The position numbers and the translations under genes are program-made. The notes below the pieces were generated by a model. The model was given only the letters and a program-made list of their open reading frames with translations. It searched no databases and was not told the DNA's origin. Below, piece by piece: positions 9,608 to 23,550 of a stretch of 64,000 nt of DNA. The stretch is from Deltaproteobacteria bacterium RIFCSPLOWO2_02_FULL_50_16 (lineage in GTDB: Bacteria; UBA10199; 2-02-FULL-50-16), in assembly GCA_001798715.1 (NCBI GenBank), contig MGSF01000022.1, positions 21,899-85,898 on the forward strand, read 5' to 3'. Numbering within the stretch: position 1 is the first letter of the stretch; each line of letters begins with the position of its first letter.

Positions 9608-11233
9608 ATGCCTCAGACGATTTTGGGTATTGATATAGGGTCCTATTCTGTCAAGATTGCGGAGATAGAGAGGACTTTTAAAGGGTTTGAGTTGGTGGGA
9701 TTTTATGAACATCCCCTGATTCAGGATGAAGCACTGGCCCATGAACAAATAGTGATGCGGACACTTCAGGTTGTTGTTGATGAGTATAGCCTTCGGCCTG
9801 ACATTGTTTATTCTGCACTGCCCGGTTTTGATACAGCGATCCGAGAAATAGAGCTTCCTTTTACCAATGCCAAAAAGATCGATTCAACCATCGAATTTGA
9901 AATAGAAAGCTATGTTCCCTTGTCCCTTGAGGAGATTGCCGTTGATTACCATATTGTTTCATCGACCAAGACACATTCCAGAATTCTCATAGCCTATGCC
10001 AAGAAAAGTGCCTTGGTAAAATTCCTCTCGATTTTTACGGATTCTACTATTGAGCCCCGTTTTGTCGGATGCGAGCCTATTGAGATTGGTAATTTGATTC
10101 AATTGGGCTTGCCCACCCCGGAAGAGGCTTATGCCATTGTTGATATTGGCCACCAAAAAACAAATGTGTCCATTTTTGTTGGAAAAAATTTGCAATATGC
10201 TCGAACGATTCCCATTGGGGGGGCACATTTGACGGAGGCGATTGAAGACGTCTTAAAGGTTCCAAGGAGTGAAGCGGAAAAATTAAAAATAGAAATAGGT
10301 CAAGTGGGCGGTCAGGTGGATTCCATGGATGACATGACGCGTTCCATCGCGACAGCCCTTCAAAAGGTTCTTGATGATCTTTGTATCGAGATCAAACAGA
10401 CGATGCTTTCATTTCAGGAGAAAAACTCCGAAGTGCCGCAGGCCCTGTTTTTGTGCGGGGGCACGTCACGTTTAAATGGCATTGATGTCTATTTGTCAGC
10501 GCAGTTGAGGAAAAATATCAGCTATTTGGATGCTCTGGATTTTGCATTCAATCGTTTGGCAGAGTCAGATTGGTGCCGGCCCATTATTCCAAACGCATTG
10601 GCATTGGCCTATCGCGGTGTTTCCTCCAAATATCTTCCCGATATTCAGTTTCGGCGTGGTGATTTTGCTTATCAAGGAGATGTTGATGAATTGACACAAA
10701 TTGGCAAAGAGGTGGGTATTGTGGGCGTTGTGACTATTGGAGTGGTGATTGCCACTTTAGGTCTCAATTATTTTATGTTGAGTGGAAAAGTCGATAAAAT
10801 AGGCAAGCGTGTGGCCAGTGTGGCGAGTGAGGTCTTGCCCGGTACCTCTAAAAACACGCTGAGCAGTCCTTCATCCGTCATTTCTATGTTGAGCGGACGC
10901 ATACTGACCTTGAAAGAAAAAAAAGGGCAAATCGAGGAACAAACCAATATATTGGTTTTAGATGTTATCAAGACTATCTCCGAGATAGTTCCTCCAAAAG
11001 ATCAAATCAGCATGGATGTAGAAGAAGTCAACATTGCGGGGACGCGACTGAATGTCAAGGGAAGAACAAAATCGTTTGAAGAGGTCGATCGTATTAAGAC
11101 GGCTATGATGAATTCAAAATTATTTAAGGATGTGAGTTCTGGAAATATAAGAAAAGGCGTTCAGGATGAGGTCAAGTTTGATTTGAGTATGGAAATCCAA
11201 GTTTCCGGAAGTGAAGGGGCTGATGGCACTTAA
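9608..11233 (+). CDS. gspL: GspL-like protein (PilM-like actin fold, TM helix, PilN-like periplasmic domain)
   Basis: LGIDIGSYSVK, VDIGH, IPIGG, LCGGTS actin-like motifs; single TM; position after gspK. Confidence 0.8.
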   Translation: MPQTILGIDIGSYSVKIAEIERTFKGFELVGFYEHPLIQDEALAHEQIVMRTLQVVVDEYSLRPDIVYSALPGFDTAIREIELPFTNAKKIDSTIEFEIESYVPLSLEEIAVDYHIVSSTKTHSRILIAYAKKSALVKFLSIFTDSTIEPRFVGCEPIEIGNLIQLGLPTPEEAYAIVDIGHQKTNVSIFVGKNLQYARTIPIGGAHLTEAIEDVLKVPRSEAEKLKIEIGQVGGQVDSMDDMTRSIATALQKVLDDLCIEIKQTMLSFQEKNSEVPQALFLCGGTSRLNGIDVYLSAQLRKNISYLDALDFAFNRLAESDWCRPIIPNALALAYRGVSSKYLPDIQFRRGDFAYQGDVDELTQIGKEVGIVGVVTIGVVIATLGLNYFMLSGKVDKIGKRVASVASEVLPGTSKNTLSSPSSVISMLSGRILTLKEKKGQIEEQTNILVLDVIKTISEIVPPKDQISMDVEEVNIAGTRLNVKGRTKSFEEVDRIKTAMMNSKLFKDVSSGNIRKGVQDEVKFDLSMEIQVSGSEGADGT

Positions 11234-11804
11234 ATCCCGATCCTCCATCAAGAGCTTTAATTTAAACAATCTGGCCAATGCCTTTATCGGTTTGTCGCCC
11301 CGGGATCGCATTTTTGCATTGGGGTTTGTGGCTTTAGGTATTGTTCTGATCCTATTTTTGCCCCTCTCTATTGCAACGGGTAAGATTCGATCTTTAGAAA
11401 AGGAAATAGAGGGTTCACAGGGAAAATTTCGAGACGTTTTGGTCAAGGTGAAGGAATACAATCAGATTCAAACCAGTCTGAGTCAGCTTGAAGCGCAGTT
11501 TGGCTCTGATTTTGTCTCTTTGACAACGCAAATTGAAAATATAGCCAATGAGGCCGGTATTAAGGAGAGCATTAAATCACTCAAAGAATCTCCCACGCGA
11601 GAGGGTGATTTGTTTGAAACCCGAAGTGCCAATCTGGATTTGAAAGGGATTGATATCAACAAGCTTGTCGATTTCATCTATAAGGTTGAAAATAATTCAA
11701 AGACCCTGATGAGATTTCATAAATTTATTGTCAAAACCAAATATAGCAATAGGACCTTGTTGGATGTTCAATGTGAAATTGCTACCTACCGTTTGATTGA
11801 GTAG
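11223..11804 (+). CDS. gspM: GspM-like protein
   Basis: LSPRDR before a single TM, then coiled coil; position after gspL. Confidence 0.75.
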   Translation: MALKSRSSIKSFNLNNLANAFIGLSPRDRIFALGFVALGIVLILFLPLSIATGKIRSLEKEIEGSQGKFRDVLVKVKEYNQIQTSLSQLEAQFGSDFVSLTTQIENIANEAGIKESIKSLKESPTREGDLFETRSANLDLKGIDINKLVDFIYKVENNSKTLMRFHKFIVKTKYSNRTLLDVQCEIATYRLIE

Positions 11805-11824
11805 CAATTTGAAAAGTAGGTGAT

Positions 11825-12727
11825 ATGGGGACGGTTGCGAAGATCATATTGTATCCTGTTTTTGCCTTGCTTACTTTTATGGTATTTCTTGTCTTCCTTT
11901 TTCCTTATGGAAGTTTGAAGGACAAGATTATTAATGAGATCAATAATAATTTGGGTGGTCAATACGAGGTTTCTATTGGGGATTTTAGTCCCGGCATATT
12001 TTCAAAAACCCGCCTAAAGAATATCTCATTGTCATCCAAGGGATCTGCAGGTGAGGTCAATCTTCTTTCCTTTGAGAAATTTGATATTGATGTCGGACTG
12101 CTTTCCTTGATGATGGGAAGGCTTCAAATGAGTTTTGAAGCGGCTCATGGAAAAAGCAGCTTGTCGGGGACAACGCATATTCAAAAATCCTATTATTCCA
12201 TTCAAATGAGCCTGAAAAATTTTGACATGGATGCCCTGCGAGTCCTAAAGGATCTCTACAATCTTGATTTGTCGGGACAGTTGAGCGGAAAAATAAATCT
12301 TGAAATTTTTCCCTTGGAACCTTTAAGAAATAAAGGAATGGTGGATATTCATATTGGCAGTCTGAAGTTGGAGAAATCAAATATTATGAACCTTCTCGAA
12401 TTTCCGGCCATGGAATTGGCGGCCTCTCAAGATTCTGGAATACGTCTGGATATCAGAAATGGAAATATACAAGTCCAAAAGGTGAGTCTTACGGGATCCG
12501 ATCTTGATTTTAAGATGAAGGGCAAGATCTATTTTTCAAGACAGGTCTCCAACTATCGGCTTAATTTGCGGGGCAAATTTCAATTTCCAGCCACCATCAC
12601 TCCCAAACTCCCCTTCTTGATGCTGATCGACCAGCAAAAAGGGCCGGATGGGAGTTATCCTTTAACGATTACAGGGCGGATGGCCCAACCCAACATTCAA
12701 ATCGGCGAATTTAAGCTTCCCATATAA
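11825..12727 (+). CDS. gspN: GspN-like protein
   Basis: N-terminal anchor with FPY motif, beta-rich body, C-terminal ITGRMAQP; last gene of the operon. Confidence 0.75.
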   Translation: MGTVAKIILYPVFALLTFMVFLVFLFPYGSLKDKIINEINNNLGGQYEVSIGDFSPGIFSKTRLKNISLSSKGSAGEVNLLSFEKFDIDVGLLSLMMGRLQMSFEAAHGKSSLSGTTHIQKSYYSIQMSLKNFDMDALRVLKDLYNLDLSGQLSGKINLEIFPLEPLRNKGMVDIHIGSLKLEKSNIMNLLEFPAMELAASQDSGIRLDIRNGNIQVQKVSLTGSDLDFKMKGKIYFSRQVSNYRLNLRGKFQFPATITPKLPFLMLIDQQKGPDGSYPLTITGRMAQPNIQIGEFKLPI

Positions 12728-12792
12728 CTAACCGTAATTGTTGAAGAAACCGATCATTGACAGGGATTAAGGCAGCGATTAAATGTCTTTTG

Positions 12793-14418
12793 ATGGATTG
12801 TCTGGTGTTTAAAAAGGGGAATTCGGAGATCTTCCGTTACCCCATTTCCAATCAAACGATTGGAATTGGTCGCGGCACTCATAATCATGTCATCCTCAGT
12901 GATGATGAAATATCTCGATCGCACTTAACACTGAGCTATCAGGATGAGGCGATCCTTGTCAGCAATCATTCCTCTAAAGGTTCTCAAAAAAATTCTGTAA
13001 TTTTCGACAAGACCTCTTTTCAAAAAGGAGATGTCCTCCAGGTAGGATCCTGGTTGATTTTATTGGATGATGTTAAAAGTAATCAGGAAGTGACTCGTGG
13101 GGCTTCCGAGGAAAAAACACAGATCATCAACTACGAGCCAAGTAAAGGGACGCTCAATGTTACTACATTGGATGTGACAGTTTGCACTGCAGAAGGAAAG
13201 CCCAAGAATTTTAGTTTTAGGCATTTTCCGATAAAAATTGGGACCGGTCCCCACAATTCGTTGATATTAAATGATCCTTATATTTCTCAAAATCATTGTG
13301 TCATCGATTCTCGTTCAGGACAATTTTGGATTGTGGATGCTGGCAGTAAAAATGGGACATGGGTTCATGGTAAAAATATCAAAGAAGGGTTACTGTGTTC
13401 ATCGGACGAGATAGTCTTGGGAAGAACCAATATTCAGATTCGCTGGGCCCAGGCGGCCGAAAAAATCAAACCTCACAAGGATCTTATTTTCGAGGGGATG
13501 ATAGGATCGTCAAAGGTGATGAGGGAGATATTTTCCTTGATTGAACAGGTAGCACCTAGCGATGTTCCGATTTTTATCTCGGGAGAGACAGGAACTGGCA
13601 AGGAGCTCACGGCTCGGGCGATTTATCAGAGAAGCCACAGGGTCGGCAAGCCGTTTATGAGCATTAATTGCGGGGCTATTTCACCCAATCTTATTGAAAG
13701 CGAGCTCTTTGGTCATGAAAAAGGGGCCTTTACCGGAGCCGTGAATAGTCGTCGGGGTGTTTTTGAGGCCGCCCATGAGGGGACCCTTTTTCTGGATGAA
13801 ATAGGGGAACTCCCCTTGGAGCTCCAACCCAAGCTTTTGAGGGTTTTGGAGGACGGAAAGATCAGGCGTGTCGGGGCCAATCATGAAACAGCCGTGGATG
13901 TGCGTATTATCACTGCCACGCATCGGAATCTTTTTCATGAGGTTAAAAAGGAACGATTTCGGGAAGATCTCTTTTATCGTCTCTATGTGATCCCCATTAT
14001 TCTTCCATCGCTCAAGGATCGGCAGGAAGATCTGCCTTATCTTGTTGAAGCCATTCTTGCAACGCATGCCCCTTCGGGCCGGAAGATCTCTTTAACGGCG
14101 GAGGCCCTGGAAAAATTAAAAAACCATCAATGGCCCGGAAATATCAGGGAGCTCAAAAATGTGCTCTTGAGATCCATCTATACATCTCAGGATGCCGAAA
14201 TCACCCCTCGGAGGCTCTGTTTTTTCCCCACACTGGACTCCTTTGTGGAAGAAGCAAAAGAGGATGAAACAAGGCCTCATACCCTGGAGGCAGGGGAGCG
14301 TCACATCATCTTGTCGACTCTGAATCAGTGCGGCGGTAACAAGAAAAAAACGGCAGATACCTTGGGGATTGCCAAATCAACATTGTTTAAGAAACTAAAA
14401 GAATACGATATTTTGTAG
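12793..14418 (+). CDS. Sigma54-dependent enhancer-binding protein with two FHA domains
   Basis: IGR..N...L.D..ISRSH and IG...N...L.D..IS.NH...NGT FHA motifs; [22 protein letters not shown]; Fis-type HTH. Start uncertain. Confidence 0.92.
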   Translation: MDCLVFKKGNSEIFRYPISNQTIGIGRGTHNHVILSDDEISRSHLTLSYQDEAILVSNHSSKGSQKNSVIFDKTSFQKGDVLQVGSWLILLDDVKSNQEVTRGASEEKTQIINYEPSKGTLNVTTLDVTVCTAEGKPKNFSFRHFPIKIGTGPHNSLILNDPYISQNHCVIDSRSGQFWIVDAGSKNGTWVHGKNIKEGLLCSSDEIVLGRTNIQIRWAQAAEKIKPHKDLIFEGMIGSSKVMREIFSLIEQVAPSDVPIFISGETGTGKELTARAIYQRSHRVGKPFMSINCGAISPNLIESELFGHEKGAFTGAVNSRRGVFEAAHEGTLFLDEIGELPLELQPKLLRVLEDGKIRRVGANHETAVDVRIITATHRNLFHEVKKERFREDLFYRLYVIPIILPSLKDRQEDLPYLVEAILATHAPSGRKISLTAEALEKLKNHQWPGNIRELKNVLLRSIYTSQDAEITPRRLCFFPTLDSFVEEAKEDETRPHTLEAGERHIILSTLNQCGGNKKKTADTLGIAKSTLFKKLKEYDIL

Positions 14419-14419
14419 G

Positions 14420-14716
14420 TTACCGATCCAAGGGTTCTTCACCCACATAATAGAGGATCTCATTGGATTTTAGAACACCCAATTCTTGACGAGCCACCCT
14501 TTCAAGATAAGACAATTTGTGAAGATTGTTGATTTCTAATTTTAGTAATTGGATTTCATTTCTGAGTTCGTTATTTTTTTGAATAATCATGTCTTCGGTT
14601 TGATTGAGATGATAAAGACGGGCTAAACCCTGATCGCTGAAGGTGAGATAGGCGAAAAATACGGCAATAATGATGAGACTTCCTGTAAGAGAGGGGACGT
14701 GAAAGGGGCTTCTCAT
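14420..14716 (-). CDS. ftsB: Septum formation initiator (FtsB/DivIC family)
   Basis: TM helix, coiled coil, LERVARQELG...NE motif. Confidence 0.75.
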   Translation of the reverse strand: MRSPFHVPSLTGSLIIIAVFFAYLTFSDQGLARLYHLNQTEDMIIQKNNELRNEIQLLKLEINNLHKLSYLERVARQELGVLKSNEILYYVGEEPLDR

Positions 14717-14728
14717 GATATTTTCATA

Positions 14729-17555
<2,827 letters not shown>

Positions 17556-18335
17556 TTATATCGCCTCTAGAAATCCGGTCAAGGGACTGGAGGCTTCCGC
17601 CTCATGATGTTCCGGGGCCCGTCCTGATTCGTAAGCGAGGCGGCCGGCAATGACTCCCTGACGAAAGGCCTCGGCCATTTTAACGGGGTCATGGGCTGTG
17701 GCGATGGCTGTATTAATCAAGACGGCATCCGCCCCCATTTCCATGGCCTCGGTGGCATGAGAGGGGGCTCCCAGGCCTGCATCAACGATGACGGGGAGGG
17801 TCGCTTGCTCAATAATGATACGAAGGGCCTCCTTCATCTTTAATCCCCGATTGGAACCGATGGGTGACCCCAGGGGCATCACAGTGGCTGTCCCTATATC
17901 GGCTAGACGTTTGGCCAAAATGGGGTCGGCCTGGATGTAGGGGAGGACGATAAAACCCTCTTTGACAAGTTCTTCGCAGGCCTTGAGGGTTTCTACAGGG
18001 TCGGGCATGAGATATTGAGGGTCGGGGATGACCTCGATCTTGACCCAGTGAGAAAGACCGGCCTCCCGGGCCAAATGGGCCAATGTAATGGCCTCTTTGG
18101 CGGTACGGGCCCCGGAGGTATTGGGCAAAAGTTGATAACGCCGACGATCAATGTAATTTAAGATGTCAGTATTGGGGTCGTGGGGCTTATTCAGGTCAAT
18201 GCGCCGAAGGGCCACCGTGACGATTTCGGTTCCGGAGGATTCCAAGGCCTGTCCCATGAGGGTCGGGGAGGAAAACTTTCCCGTCCCCACCAAGAGACGG
18301 GATTGAAAGGTCTTTTGAGCGATGACAAGGGCCAT
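17556..18335 (-). CDS. thiG: Thiazole synthase ThiG
   Basis: [41 protein letters not shown]. Confidence 0.97.
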   Translation of the reverse strand: MALVIAQKTFQSRLLVGTGKFSSPTLMGQALESSGTEIVTVALRRIDLNKPHDPNTDILNYIDRRRYQLLPNTSGARTAKEAITLAHLAREAGLSHWVKIEVIPDPQYLMPDPVETLKACEELVKEGFIVLPYIQADPILAKRLADIGTATVMPLGSPIGSNRGLKMKEALRIIIEQATLPVIVDAGLGAPSHATEAMEMGADAVLINTAIATAHDPVKMAEAFRQGVIAGRLAYESGRAPEHHEAEASSPLTGFLEAI

Positions 18336-18550
18336 TATCCCCCCCCTACGGCTTGAAGGATTTCGATGTGATCCCCTTCTTTGAGGGGGGTTTTTGACCA
18401 TTGGGACCGTGGAACGACCTCCCCATTGAGGGCGAGGGCGACGGAGGCATGAGGGAGGGGAAGAGAGGTCATAAAACTTTTTAAATCTATTTGTTTTTCA
18501 ACACTTTTCAGTTCATTATTGATGAAAATATTTAAAGATTTTACTGGCAT
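18335..18550 (-). CDS. thiS: Sulfur carrier ThiS
   Basis: [12 protein letters not shown] and C-terminal VGGG; start 18550 or 18583. Confidence 0.92.
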   Translation of the reverse strand: MPVKSLNIFINNELKSVEKQIDLKSFMTSLPLPHASVALALNGEVVPRSQWSKTPLKEGDHIEILQAVGGG

Positions 18551-18624
18551 TGAATTATGGGACTCCTTGGGTGGGTCATTCATATCAAACGAAAAGAATC
18601 GATGTCAAATGTAGAAGTGGGGGC

Positions 18625-19455
18625 CTAACTTGCCGGATGGGCCAAGTGTAATTTAGGCGCAGACGCTATATCTTTGGCAGGGATAAAGAAAGGGTTTTCT
18701 AGGGTTATTTTGGCCCCGTGAGAGAGTATTTTGACTTGGGTTGTTATGGGTTGTTCTTGAAGCAGTGATTGAAGCATGTGGATGGGTTCCTCAAGGGGTT
18801 CGGTAGAAAAACGGAAGGTGCCCCAGTGGATGGGGATCATGTATTGGGCCTGAAGATCTTGGCAGGCCTTGAGGGCCTCTTGAGGGTCCATATGACGGTA
18901 TTTCATAATCCAGCGGGGACGATAGGAACCTATGGGGAGCAGCGCGGCGCTGATGGTCTTTTCTTGTCCCAGTTTTTTGAAATGGGAATGATAGGCAGTG
19001 TCTCCACTAAAAAAGATGGCCTGCTCCTCTTTTTCAATGAGATAACTGTTGCAGCCGGTATAGCGGATGCCGCTATATCGGCCCCCTAAGTGACGCGCAT
19101 AGAGTGCCGTGATCTTGAGTCCCCGGGGACTGGTCCAGGTGGAATGATGGGGAAGTTCGATGACGGGATGGGGGAGTATTCGGTGTATCAGGGGGGCGAC
19201 GCCTTTGGGGACAATAATAGGGATTTGACAGGAGAGATATTTATAGCTGGGAATATCCAGGTGATCAAAATGGGTATGGGATAACAGGACACACTCGGGC
19301 GGGGAAAGACGCGTCAGGTCATCATGACAGGGGACATGGCGTTTGAAGAAAAAGATGTGCGAGCTAAAATTTGGATCTGTCAGGAGGGTCGAACCATCCC
19401 ATTCGATCAAAGTCGTGGCATGTCCAATGTAAGTAATCGCAATCATTGACAACAT
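18625..19455 (-). CDS. MBL-fold metallo-hydrolase (NAPE-PLD-like)
   Basis: GHAT, TDP, SHTHFDHLD, SGDTAY, PIHWGTF. Confidence 0.9.
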   Translation of the reverse strand: MLSMIAITYIGHATTLIEWDGSTLLTDPNFSSHIFFFKRHVPCHDDLTRLSPPECVLLSHTHFDHLDIPSYKYLSCQIPIIVPKGVAPLIHRILPHPVIELPHHSTWTSPRGLKITALYARHLGGRYSGIRYTGCNSYLIEKEEQAIFFSGDTAYHSHFKKLGQEKTISAALLPIGSYRPRWIMKYRHMDPQEALKACQDLQAQYMIPIHWGTFRFSTEPLEEPIHMLQSLLQEQPITTQVKILSHGAKITLENPFFIPAKDIASAPKLHLAHPAS

Positions 19456-19527
19456 TGGTATCAATAGACTAGTTTCATCCTTCCGTCAAATACTAAGGAG
19501 TCCAAACTATCAAGAAACAGGTTCATC

Positions 19528-20655
19528 ATGTCATCGTGGACACGCAGTACGACCGTCACTATTGATTGCAAGGCCTTGAGGCATAATTTTCGTCAGATAG
19601 TTGCGCGCCTGCATCCGGATCAAAACATCCTTTCTGTGGTGAAATCAAATGCCTATGGCCATGGAGGACCTCAAGTGGCGCGGATTTTGGTGGAGGAAGG
19701 GTGTTCCTTTCTGGGGGTAGGGACTATTGATGAAGGGCGGGCCTTGAGAGAGGCCGGCGTCCGTGTCCCTATTTTGGTTCTCCTGGGGGATATTGGCGGG
19801 GGCTATCAAGAGTTGCTCCATCATCAGCTGATCCCCGTGATTCAGGATTTTGACACTTTTTGTAAATTTGAAAACTGGCTCAACCAAAACAACAAGAAAT
19901 CGAGTTTTCATCTCAAGGTGGATACAGGAATGACACGATTGGGATTTTTGCCCGACGAGCTCTTATCAAAGGCCTCTGTGCTGAGTCGGTCATCGGTCTT
20001 GAAGATTCAGGGGGTCATGTCCCATCTTATCGATGCCACGGATGTTGAAAGGACGGGGAGTCAACAGGAGGCCTTCGATCATTGTCTTCAAATTTTGAGG
20101 AAGAATGGAGTACAGCCGCAGTTCATTCATCTGGCGAACAGTGTGGCAACCATTGAAGATCGGTTTTCTCAGTACAATATGGTGCGACCGGGCATTGTCC
20201 TCTATGGGGTCCTTCCCCACCCTCGGTTACAAGAATTTGTTTCGTTGAAACCCATCATGACTTGGAAGACCAAGGTCATTAATGTCAAAGAAGTTCCGGC
20301 AGGGACCGTTGTCAGCTATAATGCGACCTTCAAAACGAGACGGCCCTCACGCATTGCGGTCTTGCCGGTGGGTTATGCCGATGGATATCCCCGTCGGCTC
20401 TCCAATCGGGCCCATGTCCTCATTCGTGGTCGCAAGGCCCCTGTGGTGGGGATCGTTTGTATGGACCTGACGATGGTGGATGTGACGGAGATTGGATCTG
20501 TTTCTATTGGGGATGAGGTGGTCTTGTTGGGAGGTCAGGGTTCCGAGACTCTATTGGCCGAAGAAATGGCCCAATGGGCCGATACAATTCCCTATGAGAT
20601 ATTAACAGGGGTGGCCCTGCGTGTGCCCCGAATCTATCAGGATGAAGTCCATTGA
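19528..20655 (+). CDS. alr: Alanine racemase
   Basis: VVKSNAYGHG, HLKVDTGMTRLG, PVGYADG, VCMD. Confidence 0.97.
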   Translation: MSSWTRSTTVTIDCKALRHNFRQIVARLHPDQNILSVVKSNAYGHGGPQVARILVEEGCSFLGVGTIDEGRALREAGVRVPILVLLGDIGGGYQELLHHQLIPVIQDFDTFCKFENWLNQNNKKSSFHLKVDTGMTRLGFLPDELLSKASVLSRSSVLKIQGVMSHLIDATDVERTGSQQEAFDHCLQILRKNGVQPQFIHLANSVATIEDRFSQYNMVRPGIVLYGVLPHPRLQEFVSLKPIMTWKTKVINVKEVPAGTVVSYNATFKTRRPSRIAVLPVGYADGYPRRLSNRAHVLIRGRKAPVVGIVCMDLTMVDVTEIGSVSIGDEVVLLGGQGSETLLAEEMAQWADTIPYEILTGVALRVPRIYQDEVH

Positions 20656-21476
20656 AAAGAGTGAACACTTTAATAAAAAGGATGACTCAACTCAATTTTC
20701 AAGGTCCCTTTGAAGTCGCGGGATCTGGTTTGATGACGTTTATTCGATATCTGGGAGACTTCTTTCTTTTTGTCCGCTCTTATTTTTTATGGAATTTTCG
20801 CCCCCCTTGGCGATGGGCCCTGACCTTTAAGCAGATGGAGTTTATTGGGATCTATTCGCTTCCGATTATTGTCTTGACGGCGACTTTTAGTGGGATGGTT
20901 TTTGGTCTTCAGATCGGCTATGCCTTCCGGGCCTTTAATGCAGAGTCCATGGTCGGTTCTACAGTGGGATTGGCCCTGACCCGAGAGATAGGACCTGTTT
21001 TTGCGTCCCTGATGGTGGCTGCAAGGGCCGGATCGGCGATGGCCGCCGAGATTGGATCCATGAAGGTGACGGAGCAGCTCGATGCCATGAGTACAATGGC
21101 AGTCAATCCGATCCAGTATTTGGTTGTGCCCCGGGTCACAGCCGGCGTGTTGGTCGTTCCCTTGTTGTCGATTGTCTATATTGCTGTGGGCATCTTGGGG
21201 GCCTATGTTGTGTCGATCTATATGCTCCATATCCCCGATGTCTATTTCATTCAGAAATTGGAATATTATGTGGACCCTTCCGACGTGATGGGAGGCGTTG
21301 TGAAGGCAGCCGTCTTTGGTTTTTTGTTGGCCCTTATTAGTTGCTACTGTGGCTATCGTACCGAGGGAGGGGCCGAAGGGGTGGGGCGATCGACGACCAA
21401 GGCCGTTGTTGTGTCGTCGGTCACCATCCTGGTGACCGATTACTTTTTGACATCTTGGATCTTGGAGTTTTTTTAA
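20652..21476 (+). CDS. mlaE: MlaE-family ABC permease
   Basis: REIGPV, AEIGSMKVTEQLDA, GGAEGVGRSTT. Confidence 0.95.
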   Translation: MKRVNTLIKRMTQLNFQGPFEVAGSGLMTFIRYLGDFFLFVRSYFLWNFRPPWRWALTFKQMEFIGIYSLPIIVLTATFSGMVFGLQIGYAFRAFNAESMVGSTVGLALTREIGPVFASLMVAARAGSAMAAEIGSMKVTEQLDAMSTMAVNPIQYLVVPRVTAGVLVVPLLSIVYIAVGILGAYVVSIYMLHIPDVYFIQKLEYYVDPSDVMGGVVKAAVFGFLLALISCYCGYRTEGGAEGVGRSTTKAVVVSSVTILVTDYFLTSWILEFF

Positions 21477-21482
21477 AAGAAC

Positions 21483-22208
21483 ATGATTCAATTGATTAAC
21501 ATTCGTAAGTCATTTAACGGGAATCAGGTTCTCAAAGGGGTCAATCTCCACATTCCGAAAGGGAAGGTGACGGTGATTTTGGGTCCCAGTGGTTGTGGAA
21601 AAAGCGTCCTGATGAAGCATATGATTGGATTGTTGGTCCCTGATGAGGGTCGTGTTCAAGTGGATGGTGTGGATATCCATCGCTTGGATGATGCTCGACT
21701 GAACAAGTTTCGCAAAAAGTTTGGCATGCTTTTTCAAAGTGCGGCCCTTTTTGATTCGCTGACGGTTGGTGAAAATGTGGCTTTTCCCTTGGTCGAACAC
21801 GCCTCCTTTTCAAAAAGGGCAATTGATGATCGAGTGCAAGAGTGTTTGGCCCTTGTGGGCCTTCAAAATATTGTCCACAAAATGCCTTCGGAGCTTTCAG
21901 GTGGCATGCGAAAAAGGGTTGGACTTGCCCGGGCAATTGCGTTACAACCCGAGATCATTTTGTATGATGAACCAACGACGGGTCTCGATCCTTTAATGAC
22001 GGATGCCATCAACCATCTCATTATTGACACTCAAAAAAAATTGTCGGTGACCTCAGTTGTCATCAGTCATGATATCGAGGGCACTTTTGAGGTGGCTCAC
22101 AAGGTGGCTGTGCTCCATGAAGGGGTCATTGTTGCTGAGGGGAGTTCTCGTGATATCACAGGTTCTTCTCATCCCTTTGTCCAGAAATTTTTGTCAAAAC
22201 GTTCTTAG
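21483..22208 (+). CDS. mlaF: MlaF-family ABC ATPase
   Basis: GPSGCGKS, LSGGMRKRVGLARA, YDEPTTGLDP. Confidence 0.95.
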   Translation: MIQLINIRKSFNGNQVLKGVNLHIPKGKVTVILGPSGCGKSVLMKHMIGLLVPDEGRVQVDGVDIHRLDDARLNKFRKKFGMLFQSAALFDSLTVGENVAFPLVEHASFSKRAIDDRVQECLALVGLQNIVHKMPSELSGGMRKRVGLARAIALQPEIILYDEPTTGLDPLMTDAINHLIIDTQKKLSVTSVVISHDIEGTFEVAHKVAVLHEGVIVAEGSSRDITGSSHPFVQKFLSKRS

Positions 22209-22216
22209 GGGGGGGC

Positions 22217-23533
22217 TTGAAAAAGATTAATATCGAAACAAAAGTAGGACTCTTCGTTTTTCTGGCCATCGCGATTTTGGCCTATATGACTGTGCGTGTG
22301 AGCGATCGAGGGGGTTTTGGGAAGAGTACATATCCTGTTTATGTCCATCTCACCTCAGCCGAAGGATTGACCTACAGGACCCCTGTTGAGATTGCAGGGA
22401 TCCAGGTGGGCTTTGTGGATGATTTTGAGTTGGTGGAGGGTCGTACGGCTCGGTTGAGATTGCAGATCAGGGAGGATGTTCAGCTTCCTGTGGATGTTCA
22501 GGCACAGGTCAGGACAAAGGGTTTTTTGGGAGAAACATATATTGATATTGTTCCCGGCCAATCTTCCGAAAAGATCGTGCCGGGAGGTGATATCGTGGCT
22601 GTGAATCCCTATATTGATTTTTCCCAGCTCACGGCGGATATTCATGACATTCTCTCTGGTGATGATGAGGCGTCTTTAAAAAAGATTTTAAAAAATTTGG
22701 CGGTTTTTTCTGAAAATCTCAGCAGTTTTAGCGAAAAAAACAATCAGAACTGGGACAGTATAGTGGAAAACATGGCTCACCTCTCCCAGGATCTGCGTGA
22801 GATCGTCCAGCAAAACAGGGAGATCATGAATGAGACCATGGAAAGATTGGCGAGTGTTGTTCGTAAAATTGATGAGGGACGGGGGAGCTTGGGCCAGCTC
22901 ATCAACGATGATCGTACGGTTGAAAACCTGAATAATACCTTACAGGGCCTCAATGAAACAATCGGAGGCGTGAGCCGTTTTCAGACAGAGATTGGCTATC
23001 ATTTGGAATTTCTCGGTCAAACAGAGGCTTTTAAAAACTATGTTTCCTTGGCCCTCAAACCGAGGCCGGATAAATATTTTCTCTTGGAATTTGTTGTGGA
23101 TCCCAATCCCTCGCCGGTCGAGACTATTACGACGACCAATGTGACAACAGGGGGGGCGACCACTGCAGTGACGACGCAGACCAGTCGTATCGATAAGAAT
23201 AAATTTCTTATTTCCGCCCAGCTGGCAAAGCAGTTTCATGACTTTACAGTTCGTGGGGGCATCATCGAGTCTCGCGGGGGAGGGGGGCTTGATTACAGCC
23301 GGGGGCCCTTTGGACTGGAGTTTTCGGCCTATGATTTTCGCACGGATAATAATCAAAGACCTCACTTAAAAGTGATGGGGACAGTGAATCTGACCGACAA
23401 CATTTTCCTGCTCTCCGGGGTGGATGATATGATCAATCCCCAGCAGGATCCTGATTGGTTTGTCGGGGCGGGTCTCCAATTTGTTGATGAAGATATTCGT
23501 TCGCTTTTTGGAGCCGTCAAATTGAGTCCCTAA
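22217..23533 (+). CDS. mlaD: Long MCE/MlaD protein with helical stalk and beta-rich C-terminal domain
   Basis: ETKVGLF anchor, GL...PV..AGI.VG.V and GFLGETYI MCE motifs, GSLGQLIND. Confidence 0.9.
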   Translation: MKKINIETKVGLFVFLAIAILAYMTVRVSDRGGFGKSTYPVYVHLTSAEGLTYRTPVEIAGIQVGFVDDFELVEGRTARLRLQIREDVQLPVDVQAQVRTKGFLGETYIDIVPGQSSEKIVPGGDIVAVNPYIDFSQLTADIHDILSGDDEASLKKILKNLAVFSENLSSFSEKNNQNWDSIVENMAHLSQDLREIVQQNREIMNETMERLASVVRKIDEGRGSLGQLINDDRTVENLNNTLQGLNETIGGVSRFQTEIGYHLEFLGQTEAFKNYVSLALKPRPDKYFLLEFVVDPNPSPVETITTTNVTTGGATTAVTTQTSRIDKNKFLISAQLAKQFHDFTVRGGIIESRGGGGLDYSRGPFGLEFSAYDFRTDNNQRPHLKVMGTVNLTDNIFLLSGVDDMINPQQDPDWFVGAGLQFVDEDIRSLFGAVKLSP

Positions 23534-23550
23534 CAAAGGAGGGATGACTC

